DNA of 62,769 nt from an uncultured virus (IMG/VR IMGVR_UViG_3300028569_000012) (IMGVR_UViG_3300028569_000012); one strand, 5' to 3'. Positions 49,807-60,489 are shown, counted from the stretch's first letter. The notes: generated by a model from the sequence alone, not told the origin. Translations and numbers: made by a program.

Positions 49807-50578
49807 TATTAGAGTAGAAATTGTAAATCAAGGTGGTATTGATTTGCAGATCCCAATCGAACAAATTTGGGATTTTCAAGGTCAACAACAGGCTATTGAA
49901 ACATATGAAGCAAGTATAATCGAGCAAATCCTAAATAAGGATGAAGACTTCGAAGTTACGAGGTTCGAACATATGGAGTATGACACAAATAAATCATCAT
50001 TGAATTATGAGTTTTATTTGTGGGATTCAGTATCAAGTCCATCGGGATCTTATGAAAATTCCTACACTCCAAAATTTAATGTAAATCAAATTTATTATTT
50101 TCAACAACCATTCACCAAGTCATTTTGGAAGTTGGATTTATACACGACTCCTTTCAATAGGGATCAAGAAGCCTACGTCACGATTATATTACCTGTACAA
50201 CAGGGTTTCACTCAAATCAGTAATTTGAATGGGACTACTCAAGTTCAGATAAAGAAACCCAAATATTCGTTGGATTATATCGGTGATAAAGAAGGGTTTT
50301 TTATTTACTGGTTGAAAAAACGAGACTTCATCAATGTTGATGAATTTTATATGACAGCTAAGTTTTTTGATGGTAGTACTGGACAATTTGTAAAGATGAT
50401 GAATAGACCTCAAAATACTTTGTCAAACGAGACTGATTTTCCACCTGACGAGTATTTCTACTACAGGGTAAAACTTGACTATGATGTCCAAAAATATCAG
50501 ATGTTTGAGTATCCTGTATCGATTTTGGCGGGAACGGTATCGAATCCCATAAAATGGTATGAATATGTAAACCCATAA
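49793..50578 (+). CDS. Putative structural protein
   Basis: 261-aa aromatic-rich ORF in the coupled operon. Confidence 0.5.
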   Translation: MAVNNIRVEIVNQGGIDLQIPIEQIWDFQGQQQAIETYEASIIEQILNKDEDFEVTRFEHMEYDTNKSSLNYEFYLWDSVSSPSGSYENSYTPKFNVNQIYYFQQPFTKSFWKLDLYTTPFNRDQEAYVTIILPVQQGFTQISNLNGTTQVQIKKPKYSLDYIGDKEGFFIYWLKKRDFINVDEFYMTAKFFDGSTGQFVKMMNRPQNTLSNETDFPPDEYFYYRVKLDYDVQKYQMFEYPVSILAGTVSNPIKWYEYVNP

Positions 50579-51657
50579 TGGAGACTCAAATAATGAAAAT
50601 ACGGGTTTCTCCTGGAGACCTATCTACCATAATACATGAGGTCACCTATTCAGGTGAAACCTTTGGTGTGTATTCAGGTATGACACAAACACTTACGGGT
50701 GGTCCCGGTGGAACATCATTATTGACAGGACTTACCGTGCCTATCTTACTGGTGGAAAATACTGTGGACATCGGATATTATTCTGTGTTTGACGGGGCAA
50801 TTTTACAGAAGGAGGTAGTAAACAATTTTATATTTTCGTCCACAACTGTAAATCCTTATATATGGAATGTGTATAATACTTCGGATATTGAGTTCAACAA
50901 TTTCCTACAATTATCGGCATATTCTTTAGATTGGGGGGACGGTAGTCCTGTACAGTCCATTAACACTTTTACTCCGAATTCTTTGGTTCACACCTATCCT
51001 ACGACTCCGAGTGAATATACAATAACATTATCACAGAATAATCCTTGGGGTAATACGACGGTATCAAAGGTGATACAAACACCATTTGTGAATGTCCCAA
51101 GTTTCAATCCCGAGGGTACCGCCTACTTTACACCAAACGTAGGAAGTTGGACAGCAACACCAGTATCCTACAACTATATATTCACTGGTGATAGTGAAAA
51201 TGTGGTGACAGCTCAGACCTCCAACAATTATGTGTCCGTACCATTTTTAATTACAGGACTTACATCATCAAGAATCACGGAGCTAGCACACTATGGTACT
51301 AACCGATACGAGTTATTAGTACCAACACAAAGAGAAGGAGTTGATTACGGTATTATTACGGAGATAAATTTATTATACACGGCCTATACAATTCAAGATG
51401 TCAGTTATGTGGATTATCCAAATGGGGTTACGATCTATTCGTTGTATTCTTCAGGATTATCTGCAGATTGGATGGTAGCAGAACCATTGGTAAAAGAGGA
51501 GCTATTATTGGGAATATCTGCCCAAGCAGAAATACAATCAGACATTTTCATCGAAAGGGGAAAAAACTCTGCTTTCGAACGTGTCCAAAGAATCGGGGAA
51601 GTTGACAATCTCGGTGACCTTGTAAAGTATGGTTATAGATTTTTTAATGTAATATAA
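50578..51657 (+). CDS. Putative structural protein with PKD-like segment
   Basis: YSLDWGDGS...LVHTYP...YTITL resembles the PKD core motif. Confidence 0.5.
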   Translation: METQIMKIRVSPGDLSTIIHEVTYSGETFGVYSGMTQTLTGGPGGTSLLTGLTVPILLVENTVDIGYYSVFDGAILQKEVVNNFIFSSTTVNPYIWNVYNTSDIEFNNFLQLSAYSLDWGDGSPVQSINTFTPNSLVHTYPTTPSEYTITLSQNNPWGNTTVSKVIQTPFVNVPSFNPEGTAYFTPNVGSWTATPVSYNYIFTGDSENVVTAQTSNNYVSVPFLITGLTSSRITELAHYGTNRYELLVPTQREGVDYGIITEINLLYTAYTIQDVSYVDYPNGVTIYSLYSSGLSADWMVAEPLVKEELLLGISAQAEIQSDIFIERGKNSAFERVQRIGEVDNLGDLVKYGYRFFNVI

Positions 51658-51671
51658 AAAATGAACCTATG

Positions 51672-51678
51672 TATTTAT
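51672..51678 (+). promoter_or_regulatory. TATTTAT putative late promoter motif
   Basis: Intergenic, upstream of GTG 51719. Confidence 0.5.
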
Positions 51679-51718
51679 TGAAAGGTGAGAAATAAAAATA
51701 AAACAAATATTATCTAAA

Positions 51719-52627
51719 GTGGCAACAGGAACCTATGGAACAATAAGACCGGCAGATGTATCTCCCGAAGACGTTCAAATAATTATGAATTATACACCAT
51801 CGAGGGATGTGACGGACAATTTTGTCCTAACACAACTTGATGCTGCCGCCATTCTAAGACCTTATTTTAACAACACCCAAACGGGTGGTAACGCAAACGA
51901 AATATTGGGAGGATTATATAACCTTCGATTACCAGCCGACGTATTCAATCAGTTGGGTATATACACCCTGTATATTAGACCTGCTGAAATCAGAACAACA
52001 ATTACAGATTGTGGTGTTCTCTCAGCCCTCCCTAATGTCAAGGGTATCGTGGTGGACTTATCGAACGTACCAAATCAGTTTGTAAACAAATTTGTTGCAC
52101 AAGGATTGGTGGGATTCAGAGTTGAATATCTGAATGCCGATGGTAGTAAAATACCAAACTTCTTTAGAATTATCACATCGAACTTCTTTTGTGAACCCAT
52201 AGTTCAGAATCTGACAAACACACAACAAAAAGCAATAAGATATAGATATACAGAAGGTCAAACAAATTTAGTTTTCTGTACCCTATCACCAAGCTCCGCT
52301 CCGACAAACAAACCAAATGCAACACCCTTTATCGGACAACCAGCACAAACCATTATCTTATCCAATACATATTTCAATCCACTAACCCTAGAAGTTAACG
52401 TATCACAATATGACATCGATACCTTAGGAATTGCTCTATACGGAAATCAAACTAAGAGTATGGAAGATGGTATCTACACGATATACGATGATCAAAATAA
52501 CATTTACCAACAATTCAACCTATACGAAATCAAAGACGACTTCAATAACCTTCTATATGAAGTCAAAGAAAATCGTGGTGACAATATAGACTTTAGCAAA
52601 AACTTCCAAAATATTACGGCACAATAA
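51719..52627 (+). CDS. Putative baseplate/structural protein
   Basis: 302-aa ORF with a GTG start after an A-rich leader. Confidence 0.5.
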   Translation: MATGTYGTIRPADVSPEDVQIIMNYTPSRDVTDNFVLTQLDAAAILRPYFNNTQTGGNANEILGGLYNLRLPADVFNQLGIYTLYIRPAEIRTTITDCGVLSALPNVKGIVVDLSNVPNQFVNKFVAQGLVGFRVEYLNADGSKIPNFFRIITSNFFCEPIVQNLTNTQQKAIRYRYTEGQTNLVFCTLSPSSAPTNKPNATPFIGQPAQTIILSNTYFNPLTLEVNVSQYDIDTLGIALYGNQTKSMEDGIYTIYDDQNNIYQQFNLYEIKDDFNNLLYEVKENRGDNIDFSKNFQNITAQ

Positions 52628-52629
52628 TA

Positions 52630-55584
52630 ATGGCTAAAAAGTTCATTCCAAATACCTCAGCATCAGGAGTAGGTACTCCTTTTGATAATATTGTAGGTCT
52701 ACAGACTGTACAAGGGGGTGGACTTACGCAAGGTAATTTTGAATTTTCTACATTATTTTCTGAGAAGGTAAATCGTACCTTTAATATTGGTGTTTTCCAA
52801 GATCCAATCAATCTCGAAAACTTAGACATCGAATCGGTAAACGAGGCCAGGTTATTATTAGCTAAAGAGTATCGTGTATTTCCAAACTATGATTTATCAC
52901 AGGTTACTAACTTTACAATCTACGGTTCGTTACAAAAACGTCTTGAGGTATCTGTCCAGAGGATACTTAACTTCTTTCCTGCGGGATTAGATATTGATGT
53001 AATTTACTACGACTACTCAACAGGTAATACCGCGACAAATATATCTTACGATTCTTTATCAAACGAAACCGAACTTACAATTGATGTCAGTAGAATCAAG
53101 AACCCTTTCTCGATCGAGTATTCAACAAATTCTGTAGTAAATTTACAAAACAGAGAACAAGAGTTTTCACCCATTAGGGATCTTACAAATAGATATCGAG
53201 ATTATGCCCTCGTAGTAAATGGTCTATCCTATCCTATTATTGATTTTACACCATCTAATAGTTTATTTACAGGAACTATTTCTTTAGTTGTAACGGGTAA
53301 ACCCTTTGTTGGTGGATCAACAACTTTGGATTCTTTACTGATCAAACCTAACGACTATTATACTGAAAAATCTTTTTCAGAAGACTTCGACGAGGTAGAA
53401 AAGTTTTTACTAAATAGATTAGCCCTACCGATATACACAGCAACATTTAGTGTTCCCGTCGAAAATGATAATGGTGTTATTACGGTAAGCTCACGAAGTG
53501 TAACTTGGACTAAAGATGGGGTGTGGAACTTAGACATTCGCACTCAAGCCTTCGGAGATTATTTGGAACAACTCAATACAATCGGTGTTGAGTTCGATGC
53601 ATTTAAAACAAATTTAGTCGCTAGATTTTTGGTGACAGAATCGTTATTGGAGTTTGATACTCCCGACCACAAAGTTGGTAAAGTTTTACAGATCTACGGA
53701 AGAAGTTTTGACCAAATAAAACAATTCATAGATGCCTTGGCCTACATGAATTCTGTTAGTTATAATCCTGGTAATGATATACCATCTATGTTGCTGAAAA
53801 ACTTAGCACAGACATTAGGATGGGGTATAAACATATCACCGATTACAGAAGACAATTTTTTAAGCTCGGTTTATTCTACCACAGGGGTTACACAATATGC
53901 CGGATTCTCGAGAGAATTGACACCATCAGAATTGAACTATCAATTTTACCGAAATTTGATTCTTAATTCAGCATATCTTTTCAAATCGAAAGGTACCCGT
54001 AGGTCTATAGAATTTACATTACGTTTGGTCGGTGCCCCTGAAGCTTTGATTGAATTTAACGAACACATTTATTTAGCCGATCAGCGAATAAATATGAGAC
54101 AATTCAACAATCAGTTTGCTCAAATCACGGGTGGTACCTATATCGAAGAGTCTACTGCACTTCAACCTGGTAATGTGTTTAAAATTCAAGGTGTTCAATA
54201 CACAGGATTCACATCACAATCGAATGTCTTTATTGTTGATCAAGTCAGAGAAGATTATCCTGTAGATGAAATAGGTTTTCCCAAGGCTCCCGTAGAGACA
54301 GATGATTATTACTTTGAAAAAGGTTCAGGTTGGTTCGAGTCTACACCACAACACAGAAGCCCTGAAATTGTAAATCAATCTCTCTCTGTTTTCACTGGTA
54401 GTAGTCCTAATATACAGACTGTTTTACAACCATTCACTTACGGACAAGAATATTTTGACAAGTTCCGACAGTTTCCATTTATGAATTTGGGATATAGACT
54501 CAAATACACAATAGATAACAAAAAAAGTTGGCAACCACCTGTTCTTAGAGTTGCCACAAATGCGGGATACGAAGCGTTCTATGTTGCCGCTGATGAAAGG
54601 TTAGTTTTAAATGCCAAGAATGTTGAATTATTTTTGAATCCTTCTCAGGGAATTTTATATAACGTGTGGGAAATGTCACGTAATAATAATTTTCCGATTC
54701 CAAATACGGGAATGACACCTACCTATCCGAGTTTCGGCAGCACCGATTGGTCTTTTATAAATCCACAAGCCAACAAAAAGACATTTTTTGAATTTGCCCA
54801 AACATTCATTAGTAATACGATAAATGTAAGAGACAGGTGGTATTCAACGGACGGTAAAACTTCAGGATATCCTGACCTACTGAATATTTTTTATAACTAC
54901 TTATTATCGAATCAACTTGTTGGGATTCCAAATGACAATTTTACATATCAAAAACTGATTGAATATGTTCAGGGTATCGGTCCTTATTGGATTAGACTTA
55001 CCCAACAAATGATTGCAGCATCTACCATTTGGAATACAGGAGTTAAGTTTGAAAATTCGCCATTACAAAGACAAAAATTTGTATACAGAAGACAAAGTGG
55101 TTGTCAGTTGATTCCTATAGAAAAAGATCCATGTTTAGCGACAGGAACACTATTTGAATTCGATTGTACAACAGAAAGTGCCGATTGTTTTATATATCCT
55201 TGGATTGGTTATTCAAATGGAATTTCGTCTTTCTCACAGATACTATATAGTGTATTAAATTCATACTTAAATTCACAAGGACTAACCCTTAGTGAGTGTA
55301 ACGCGTCTTCCTTATCAACAGAATGGTATGTTGATGTTAGAATCGATGGTAATATAATGTTTCAGGCACCATTTTTCAACGGGTTCGGGACAGGACAAGT
55401 TCCTACTAATAATCAGTGGAAAGCGGCATTGTTGTTTAACCTTTCACAATTAGTAAATGATGGTTACTATTTCTATGTGAATGGAAACGTTGTGACGGTA
55501 TATAATTTAGCCTGTGCGGAAGACGATATTCCGAGTACCCTTGAAATTAATGTTGGGATAAACCTTGATATAACTTGTATCTGA
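52630..55584 (+). CDS. Baseplate wedge protein (P2 gpI/T4 gp7-like core) with extensions
   Basis: LLKNLAQTLGW...LILNSAYLFKSKGTRRSIEFTLRLVG is the typical gpI-like motif. Confidence 0.65.
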   Translation: MAKKFIPNTSASGVGTPFDNIVGLQTVQGGGLTQGNFEFSTLFSEKVNRTFNIGVFQDPINLENLDIESVNEARLLLAKEYRVFPNYDLSQVTNFTIYGSLQKRLEVSVQRILNFFPAGLDIDVIYYDYSTGNTATNISYDSLSNETELTIDVSRIKNPFSIEYSTNSVVNLQNREQEFSPIRDLTNRYRDYALVVNGLSYPIIDFTPSNSLFTGTISLVVTGKPFVGGSTTLDSLLIKPNDYYTEKSFSEDFDEVEKFLLNRLALPIYTATFSVPVENDNGVITVSSRSVTWTKDGVWNLDIRTQAFGDYLEQLNTIGVEFDAFKTNLVARFLVTESLLEFDTPDHKVGKVLQIYGRSFDQIKQFIDALAYMNSVSYNPGNDIPSMLLKNLAQTLGWGINISPITEDNFLSSVYSTTGVTQYAGFSRELTPSELNYQFYRNLILNSAYLFKSKGTRRSIEFTLRLVGAPEALIEFNEHIYLADQRINMRQFNNQFAQITGGTYIEESTALQPGNVFKIQGVQYTGFTSQSNVFIVDQVREDYPVDEIGFPKAPVETDDYYFEKGSGWFESTPQHRSPEIVNQSLSVFTGSSPNIQTVLQPFTYGQEYFDKFRQFPFMNLGYRLKYTIDNKKSWQPPVLRVATNAGYEAFYVAADERLVLNAKNVELFLNPSQGILYNVWEMSRNNNFPIPNTGMTPTYPSFGSTDWSFINPQANKKTFFEFAQTFISNTINVRDRWYSTDGKTSGYPDLLNIFYNYLLSNQLVGIPNDNFTYQKLIEYVQGIGPYWIRLTQQMIAASTIWNTGVKFENSPLQRQKFVYRRQSGCQLIPIEKDPCLATGTLFEFDCTTESADCFIYPWIGYSNGISSFSQILYSVLNSYLNSQGLTLSECNASSLSTEWYVDVRIDGNIMFQAPFFNGFGTGQVPTNNQWKAALLFNLSQLVNDGYYFYVNGNVVTVYNLACAEDDIPSTLEINVGINLDITCI

Positions 55585-58500
55585 TGTCTTGTAGTAATAC
55601 TGTTTATTTAGTTTGTTGTTCAGATCCATCTCCAACATTTTCCATTCAACCATGTAACCCAATTATTGACGGGGTTGTTGGATCTTTTACACCAGGGACT
55701 ACCTATGTTTCTACTGGAGACACAGTAAGTGGAGATGTATGTTGGTCTGCAACTACAACCCTGATTGGTTCGTTGATATACTATGAACCACCAGGTTTTT
55801 TAACCTTTCCGGGAACTTGTAACCAATGTACTCTTCCATATAATCCACCCACAAGTTATGGTGGTAATTGTATAGTCCCAACTGGCTGGACAAATGCAAT
55901 AATGGCTCATTGTTGTGATCCAACAATTACTTTGGAGGCTCAAGTTTCAGATCTTCTAAGTCCTGGACCTGGTGCTACGTTCGTCTACAGTGGGAATTGT
56001 TATACAATAAATTCACTCGGTGGATCTGGAGGACCTCAACTTTTACCATCTTATGATGGGTGTGTTCCATGTATTGTCAATTACCCATGTTGTGAATGTG
56101 TTGAAATAAACATTGGTTCATCAATATTTGCTTTAGCGGATGGAGGTGATGTTTTTGTGGACTACGGACTATGTTCAGGAGGGTCTGAAACTGTTACAGC
56201 AACATCAATAACAAATGTATTTAATATTTGTCACCAATCGGGAACAACTATTACCACATTCTTCGATGTGGGAGGTTCACCTTTTTCAACTACAACATAC
56301 CCTTGGGACCCTTTGGCAATCGGACCCCCTGATGGTGAAGTTAGTGCAACAACACTTAATGTGTGTATTGGAGAGCCGTGTGGAATAAGTCCAACACCTA
56401 CACCGACTCCAACGGCAACAACAACACCAACCACTACTCCAACACCTACTGTCACGCCGACTATCACACCGACAGTTAGTTCATCACAGAGCATAACCCC
56501 AAGCTTTTTTAACTATTCCGTTTCCGTAACGGGCACTTGTGATAGTTCCTTTGGATCCGCTCTTATAATCGCCACTGGTGGAACAGCTCCCTACACTTTC
56601 GATTGGATCACACCACCACTTGGCACAGGGGCTTTCAAGACAGGGTTATCAGCAGGAACCTACATCGTAAGGGCTAACGACTCGACGATGCCAATCAATA
56701 ATGAGTTCTTTATAAATGTCACCATCAGTGATGGATTATCCCTTGTTGTTTCCAATGTCACCGATACCACCTGTGGACAGAATAACGGAACCGCTACAAT
56801 AGTAGCAACAAGTGATGACAGTGATATCACATACTATTTGTATTCAGGGGGTACCTTACTACTTGTACAAACATCAACAAATCTTACCACTCAATTTGTT
56901 GGATTAGAATATGGTCTTTATGATGTAATTGGTGTCAACACTTCCAATTGTAGTGGTAGTACAGGAAACTTCATAATTGGTGAGTCTGATGAATTGGACT
57001 TTGGTTTTTATATTGTAAATGATACGGAGTGTGCTAGCCCAACAGGAAAGGTATATGTCACGGGTCTTACTGGTAACGCACCCTATACCTACCTATGGAA
57101 TAATTTAGCCACGACATCATCAATCACGGGTCTGACCAACGGGTCCTATAGTGTTACCGTCACAGACTCGCAAGGTTGTGTTGTCAACAAATCTGCTTTG
57201 GTGGACTTTGTACCCTCGGTGGGATTGGGATCATGGAGTGCTACCACCCCCACGTGTTTTGCCAGCGACGGATCTCTTACCCTTACCATAACAGGAGGAA
57301 CGGGTCCTTACCTATACTCAGGATCTAACGGAACGACATCGGTGACCTACGCAACGAGTTTCGTCTTTAGCGGTTTGCCAGCGGGTTCCTTCTTTGTCAA
57401 TGTAACGGACGCCGCTTTATGTAAGGTGACCCTATCTACAACCCTTCAAACGCCACAGACCATCTACTCGGTACAGAATACCGTTACTAACTCCACATGT
57501 TCCTCATCGAATGGTTCTATAGATGTCTTTTTACAAGGAGGGTCAGCACCTTATACCTATGTCCTGTCATCATCGACATCATCGATCAGCGCCACCACCA
57601 ACTCCACAGAATATATCTTTACGAACTTGGTAAATGGTGAGTATAACCTAACAATTAGCGACGGGGGACCATGTCCTTATAGCGTGAATCTAACGGTAGA
57701 CTCAGAAGACCTGTTTGATGTTACCTATTCTGCCACCACATCTTCTTGTGGGGATCCAAACGGTACCTTGACTTTAATGGCTACCACAGGAGGTACCCTT
57801 CCCTATATCTATACCCTCAGTGATGGACAGTCATTTACCACCAGCTCGTTGGAGGTAACGTTTTCTTCACTTCTCGGTGGGGGGTACACATATTCTATCA
57901 CCGAGGCAGGGGGATGTACCATCTCGGGGTCTGCTGTTGTCCCTGATGAGAGTGTATTGGAATTTTCGTTATTTCCCACCTCTTGTGGTATATCAGGGAG
58001 TGGTGGAACCATAACGGCACTTGTCACCTCAGGTCAACCTCCCTTTATTTACAATTGGTCGGCAAATGTTGTGGGAAATCCACAGGAAATCTATGTCACT
58101 GGTTTGACAGGGGGGACTTATTCTTTGACAATTACCGATGACAACGGATGTGTAAAAAATAGAAGTGCGATAATCGAATGTAGTCCCATCTTGACCACAT
58201 ATCAGATATTCAATATGTGTGAAACGGACTTTGAATTTACTTCGGGTACTAAACGAGGTATGGTTCAGATGCTCAACGAAGGATTCAACGATTTGACATC
58301 CCCACAGGTGGGATGTATTCTATCTGCATCCACCTTTACAATTGAGATTGATTTGAGTGGAAATACCTATACGGATTTATTCTATACTGGTAGTACCCTT
58401 TTGGATGTTCCGAGTGATATTCAGTATTACCAAGCCGTTGAGGATTTGCTTTTGACAATTCCTGGTGTTACGAGTGTTACAATAGATCCCATCACATCAC

Positions 58501-58676
58501 AGGTCACCATCGAAAGTGGTGATGTTTTGAGTAGTCAAAATGTTCTCATTAATTTAATAATAGGATATTCTATTTTGTGTCCAGGAATTTGTCCTACTCC
58601 TACTCCTACTCCGACTGTTACTTTGACACCTACTACTACTCCGACGCAAACTCCAACACCTTCGCCGAGCGCATAA
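55584..58676 (+). CDS. Putative virion appendage/adhesin with Cys-rich modules, Thr-Pro linkers and SprB-like repeats
   Basis: Repeated GGTAPYT..W...GL..G.Y.V.VTD..GC units; ATG 55584 overlaps the upstream TGA (TGATG). Confidence 0.7.
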   Translation: MSCSNTVYLVCCSDPSPTFSIQPCNPIIDGVVGSFTPGTTYVSTGDTVSGDVCWSATTTLIGSLIYYEPPGFLTFPGTCNQCTLPYNPPTSYGGNCIVPTGWTNAIMAHCCDPTITLEAQVSDLLSPGPGATFVYSGNCYTINSLGGSGGPQLLPSYDGCVPCIVNYPCCECVEINIGSSIFALADGGDVFVDYGLCSGGSETVTATSITNVFNICHQSGTTITTFFDVGGSPFSTTTYPWDPLAIGPPDGEVSATTLNVCIGEPCGISPTPTPTPTATTTPTTTPTPTVTPTITPTVSSSQSITPSFFNYSVSVTGTCDSSFGSALIIATGGTAPYTFDWITPPLGTGAFKTGLSAGTYIVRANDSTMPINNEFFINVTISDGLSLVVSNVTDTTCGQNNGTATIVATSDDSDITYYLYSGGTLLLVQTSTNLTTQFVGLEYGLYDVIGVNTSNCSGSTGNFIIGESDELDFGFYIVNDTECASPTGKVYVTGLTGNAPYTYLWNNLATTSSITGLTNGSYSVTVTDSQGCVVNKSALVDFVPSVGLGSWSATTPTCFASDGSLTLTITGGTGPYLYSGSNGTTSVTYATSFVFSGLPAGSFFVNVTDAALCKVTLSTTLQTPQTIYSVQNTVTNSTCSSSNGSIDVFLQGGSAPYTYVLSSSTSSISATTNSTEYIFTNLVNGEYNLTISDGGPCPYSVNLTVDSEDLFDVTYSATTSSCGDPNGTLTLMATTGGTLPYIYTLSDGQSFTTSSLEVTFSSLLGGGYTYSITEAGGCTISGSAVVPDESVLEFSLFPTSCGISGSGGTITALVTSGQPPFIYNWSANVVGNPQEIYVTGLTGGTYSLTITDDNGCVKNRSAIIECSPILTTYQIFNMCETDFEFTSGTKRGMVQMLNEGFNDLTSPQVGCILSASTFTIEIDLSGNTYTDLFYTGSTLLDVPSDIQYYQAVEDLLLTIPGVTSVTIDPITSQVTIESGDVLSSQNVLINLIIGYSILCPGICPTPTPTPTVTLTPTTTPTQTPTPSPSA

Positions 58677-58684
58677 AGCGTAAA

Positions 58685-58692
58685 TATTTATA
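58685..58692 (+). promoter_or_regulatory. TATTTATA putative late promoter motif
   Basis: 5 nt upstream of ATG 58698. Confidence 0.5.
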
Positions 58693-58697
58693 GTAGT

Positions 58698-60365
58698 ATG
58701 TCAGCACAAATTGAAATTACAAGTCTAACAGGTCTTTTACCAGCACAGGTTTTTGTTTCTGATGTCTATGGTAATAACTTAACTTTATTGGGAACATTAA
58801 CATCAATACCACAGACTTTTGTGTTACCAATAATTTTCAATTTTGCTCCGGCAGTCATCGTAAAAATTATTGATAGTAATAATTGTGAAGAGTTTCAGAT
58901 TAAGGAGTGTATTTCTGAGTTTCCAACACCTACTCCTACACCGAGTGTTACTCCAACAAGTTCTCTTACTCCGACTCCTACTACTACTCCAACACCAACT
59001 ATTACGGAGACTCCTACTGAAACACCAACTAATACTCCAACACCAACTATTACCGAGACTTCTACCGAAACTCCAACACCAACTATTACGGAGACACCTA
59101 GTAGTACACCAACTTCAACACCTGTTGCTTCACCATCCGAAACGCCAACAAATACTCCAACTCCAACTATCACCGAGACACCTACCGAAACTCCGACACC
59201 AACTATCACCGAGACACCAACTAATACTCCAACACCAACTATTACGGAAACTCCAACTAATACTCCGACACCTGGTGTATCACCATCCGAGACGCCAACT
59301 AATACTCCCACACCAACTATTACGGAGACACCAACAGAAACTCCTACACCAACTATTACGGAAACGCCAACTAATACTCCAACACCAACTATTACCGAGA
59401 CTCCAACTAATACTCCAACACCAACAATTACTGAAACACCAACAGAAACTCCTACACCGACCATTACGGAAACGCCGACTAATACTCCGACACCAACTAT
59501 TACGGAAACGCCAACAAATACGCCTACACCGACCATTACCGAGACTCCAACATCAACTCCGATACCAAGTTTGACTCCGACAAGCACTGTAACGCCTTCG
59601 GTAACTTCAACGCCAACATCAACTCCATCTTATGACTATTACGATGCTCAAAATTGTTGTGAACCATTCGATTCTATTGTGGTAGGATTAATTTCAGGTT
59701 CAATAACTGGGGGGACTGATGGTGTATTCTATAACGGAAACGCTTATCTTATTGTGGGACCTGCAATTGCACCTGCGGCGGTTTTATCCTCGACCACTGT
59801 AAGTGAAATTTGTGATCAAATAGTATGTCCGTCTCCAACCCCATCTATCACTCCAACTCAAACTCCGACACCAACACCTACACCTATTGTCGAGTGTTAT
59901 TGTTTTGTGCTATTCACCGCAAATGGTGAAGGAGGAACGGTACCTTATACGGATTGTAATGGTATCTCACAAAACGCGACATTGATCCAGAATATTGCAC
60001 AACAAATATGTTCACAAACTACACCAGCTCCACAAGTTGGTATAGTAATAACAAATAAAGGTCTTTGTACTGGTGGTGTTTGTCCTACATCAACTTGTGA
60101 ATGTGTTGACGCTATTGCACCATCTAGTGATTATAACCCGGTATATATTGCAGGTAGCCCCTGTGGTTCGGAGGGTACCGTTTTATCTATTGCAATTCAA
60201 ACAAATAGTACAAATAATCTATGTCTAGAACAAGTTAGTTATACACCGGGTGCAAACCCCGCATATCAGGATCCTGCTCTTACAATACCAGTTCCTGGTG
60301 GTTACACTGTAACTCTAAATTCTATTCCTACTAATTGTTTAAACAGTGGAGATTGTGAAGTATAA
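58698..60365 (+). CDS. Mucin-like Thr/Pro-repeat protein with Cys-rich C-terminal modules
   Basis: About 235-aa T/P/E/S tract between a small N-domain and Cys-rich domains. Confidence 0.75.
   Translation: MSAQIEITSLTGLLPAQVFVSDVYGNNLTLLGTLTSIPQTFVLPIIFNFAPAVIVKIIDSNNCEEFQIKECISEFPTPTPTPSVTPTSSLTPTPTTTPTPTITETPTETPTNTPTPTITETSTETPTPTITETPSSTPTSTPVASPSETPTNTPTPTITETPTETPTPTITETPTNTPTPTITETPTNTPTPGVSPSETPTNTPTPTITETPTETPTPTITETPTNTPTPTITETPTNTPTPTITETPTETPTPTITETPTNTPTPTITETPTNTPTPTITETPTSTPIPSLTPTSTVTPSVTSTPTSTPSYDYYDAQNCCEPFDSIVVGLISGSITGGTDGVFYNGNAYLIVGPAIAPAAVLSSTTVSEICDQIVCPSPTPSITPTQTPTPTPTPIVECYCFVLFTANGEGGTVPYTDCNGISQNATLIQNIAQQICSQTTPAPQVGIVITNKGLCTGGVCPTSTCECVDAIAPSSDYNPVYIAGSPCGSEGTVLSIAIQTNSTNNLCLEQVSYTPGANPAYQDPALTIPVPGGYTVTLNSIPTNCLNSGDCEV
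58923..59630 (+). repeat. Coding tandem repeat, 36-nt unit ([11 protein letters not shown][N/E]) with a 150-nt higher-order duplication
   Basis: Recurrent actccaacaccaactattac(c/g)gagac; the SPSETPTN block starts at both 59130 and 59280. Confidence 0.9.
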
Positions 60366-60482
60366 TTTATTCTGAATAATATTTTGGTAATTTATTTTAT
60401 GTAAAAATCTAAGTCAATTAATATTATCAAATATTTGGTGTATGATTAATTGAAAAAAATATAGTTTTTTCGTTGGGACAAC

Positions 60483-60489
60483 TATTTAT
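60483..60489 (+). promoter_or_regulatory. TATTTAT putative late promoter motif
   Basis: 19 nt upstream of ATG 60509. Confidence 0.5.

Noticed and set aside
1045..53543. Numerous 60-165 aa nested or antisense ORFs (e.g. 14396-14890, 8135-8491, 38469-38807)
   Set aside because: They lie wholly within well-supported genes and show no recognisable motifs or upstream signals.
58870..59587. Alternative-frame 234-aa and antisense 230-aa ORFs (also 56231-56494 and 61153-61509)
   Set aside because: Shadow ORFs produced by the stop-poor Thr-Pro codon repeats of the real genes.
60366..60482. AT-rich intergenic gap as a possible origin or ncRNA
   Set aside because: No iterons or stable structure were seen; nothing beyond AT richness supports it.
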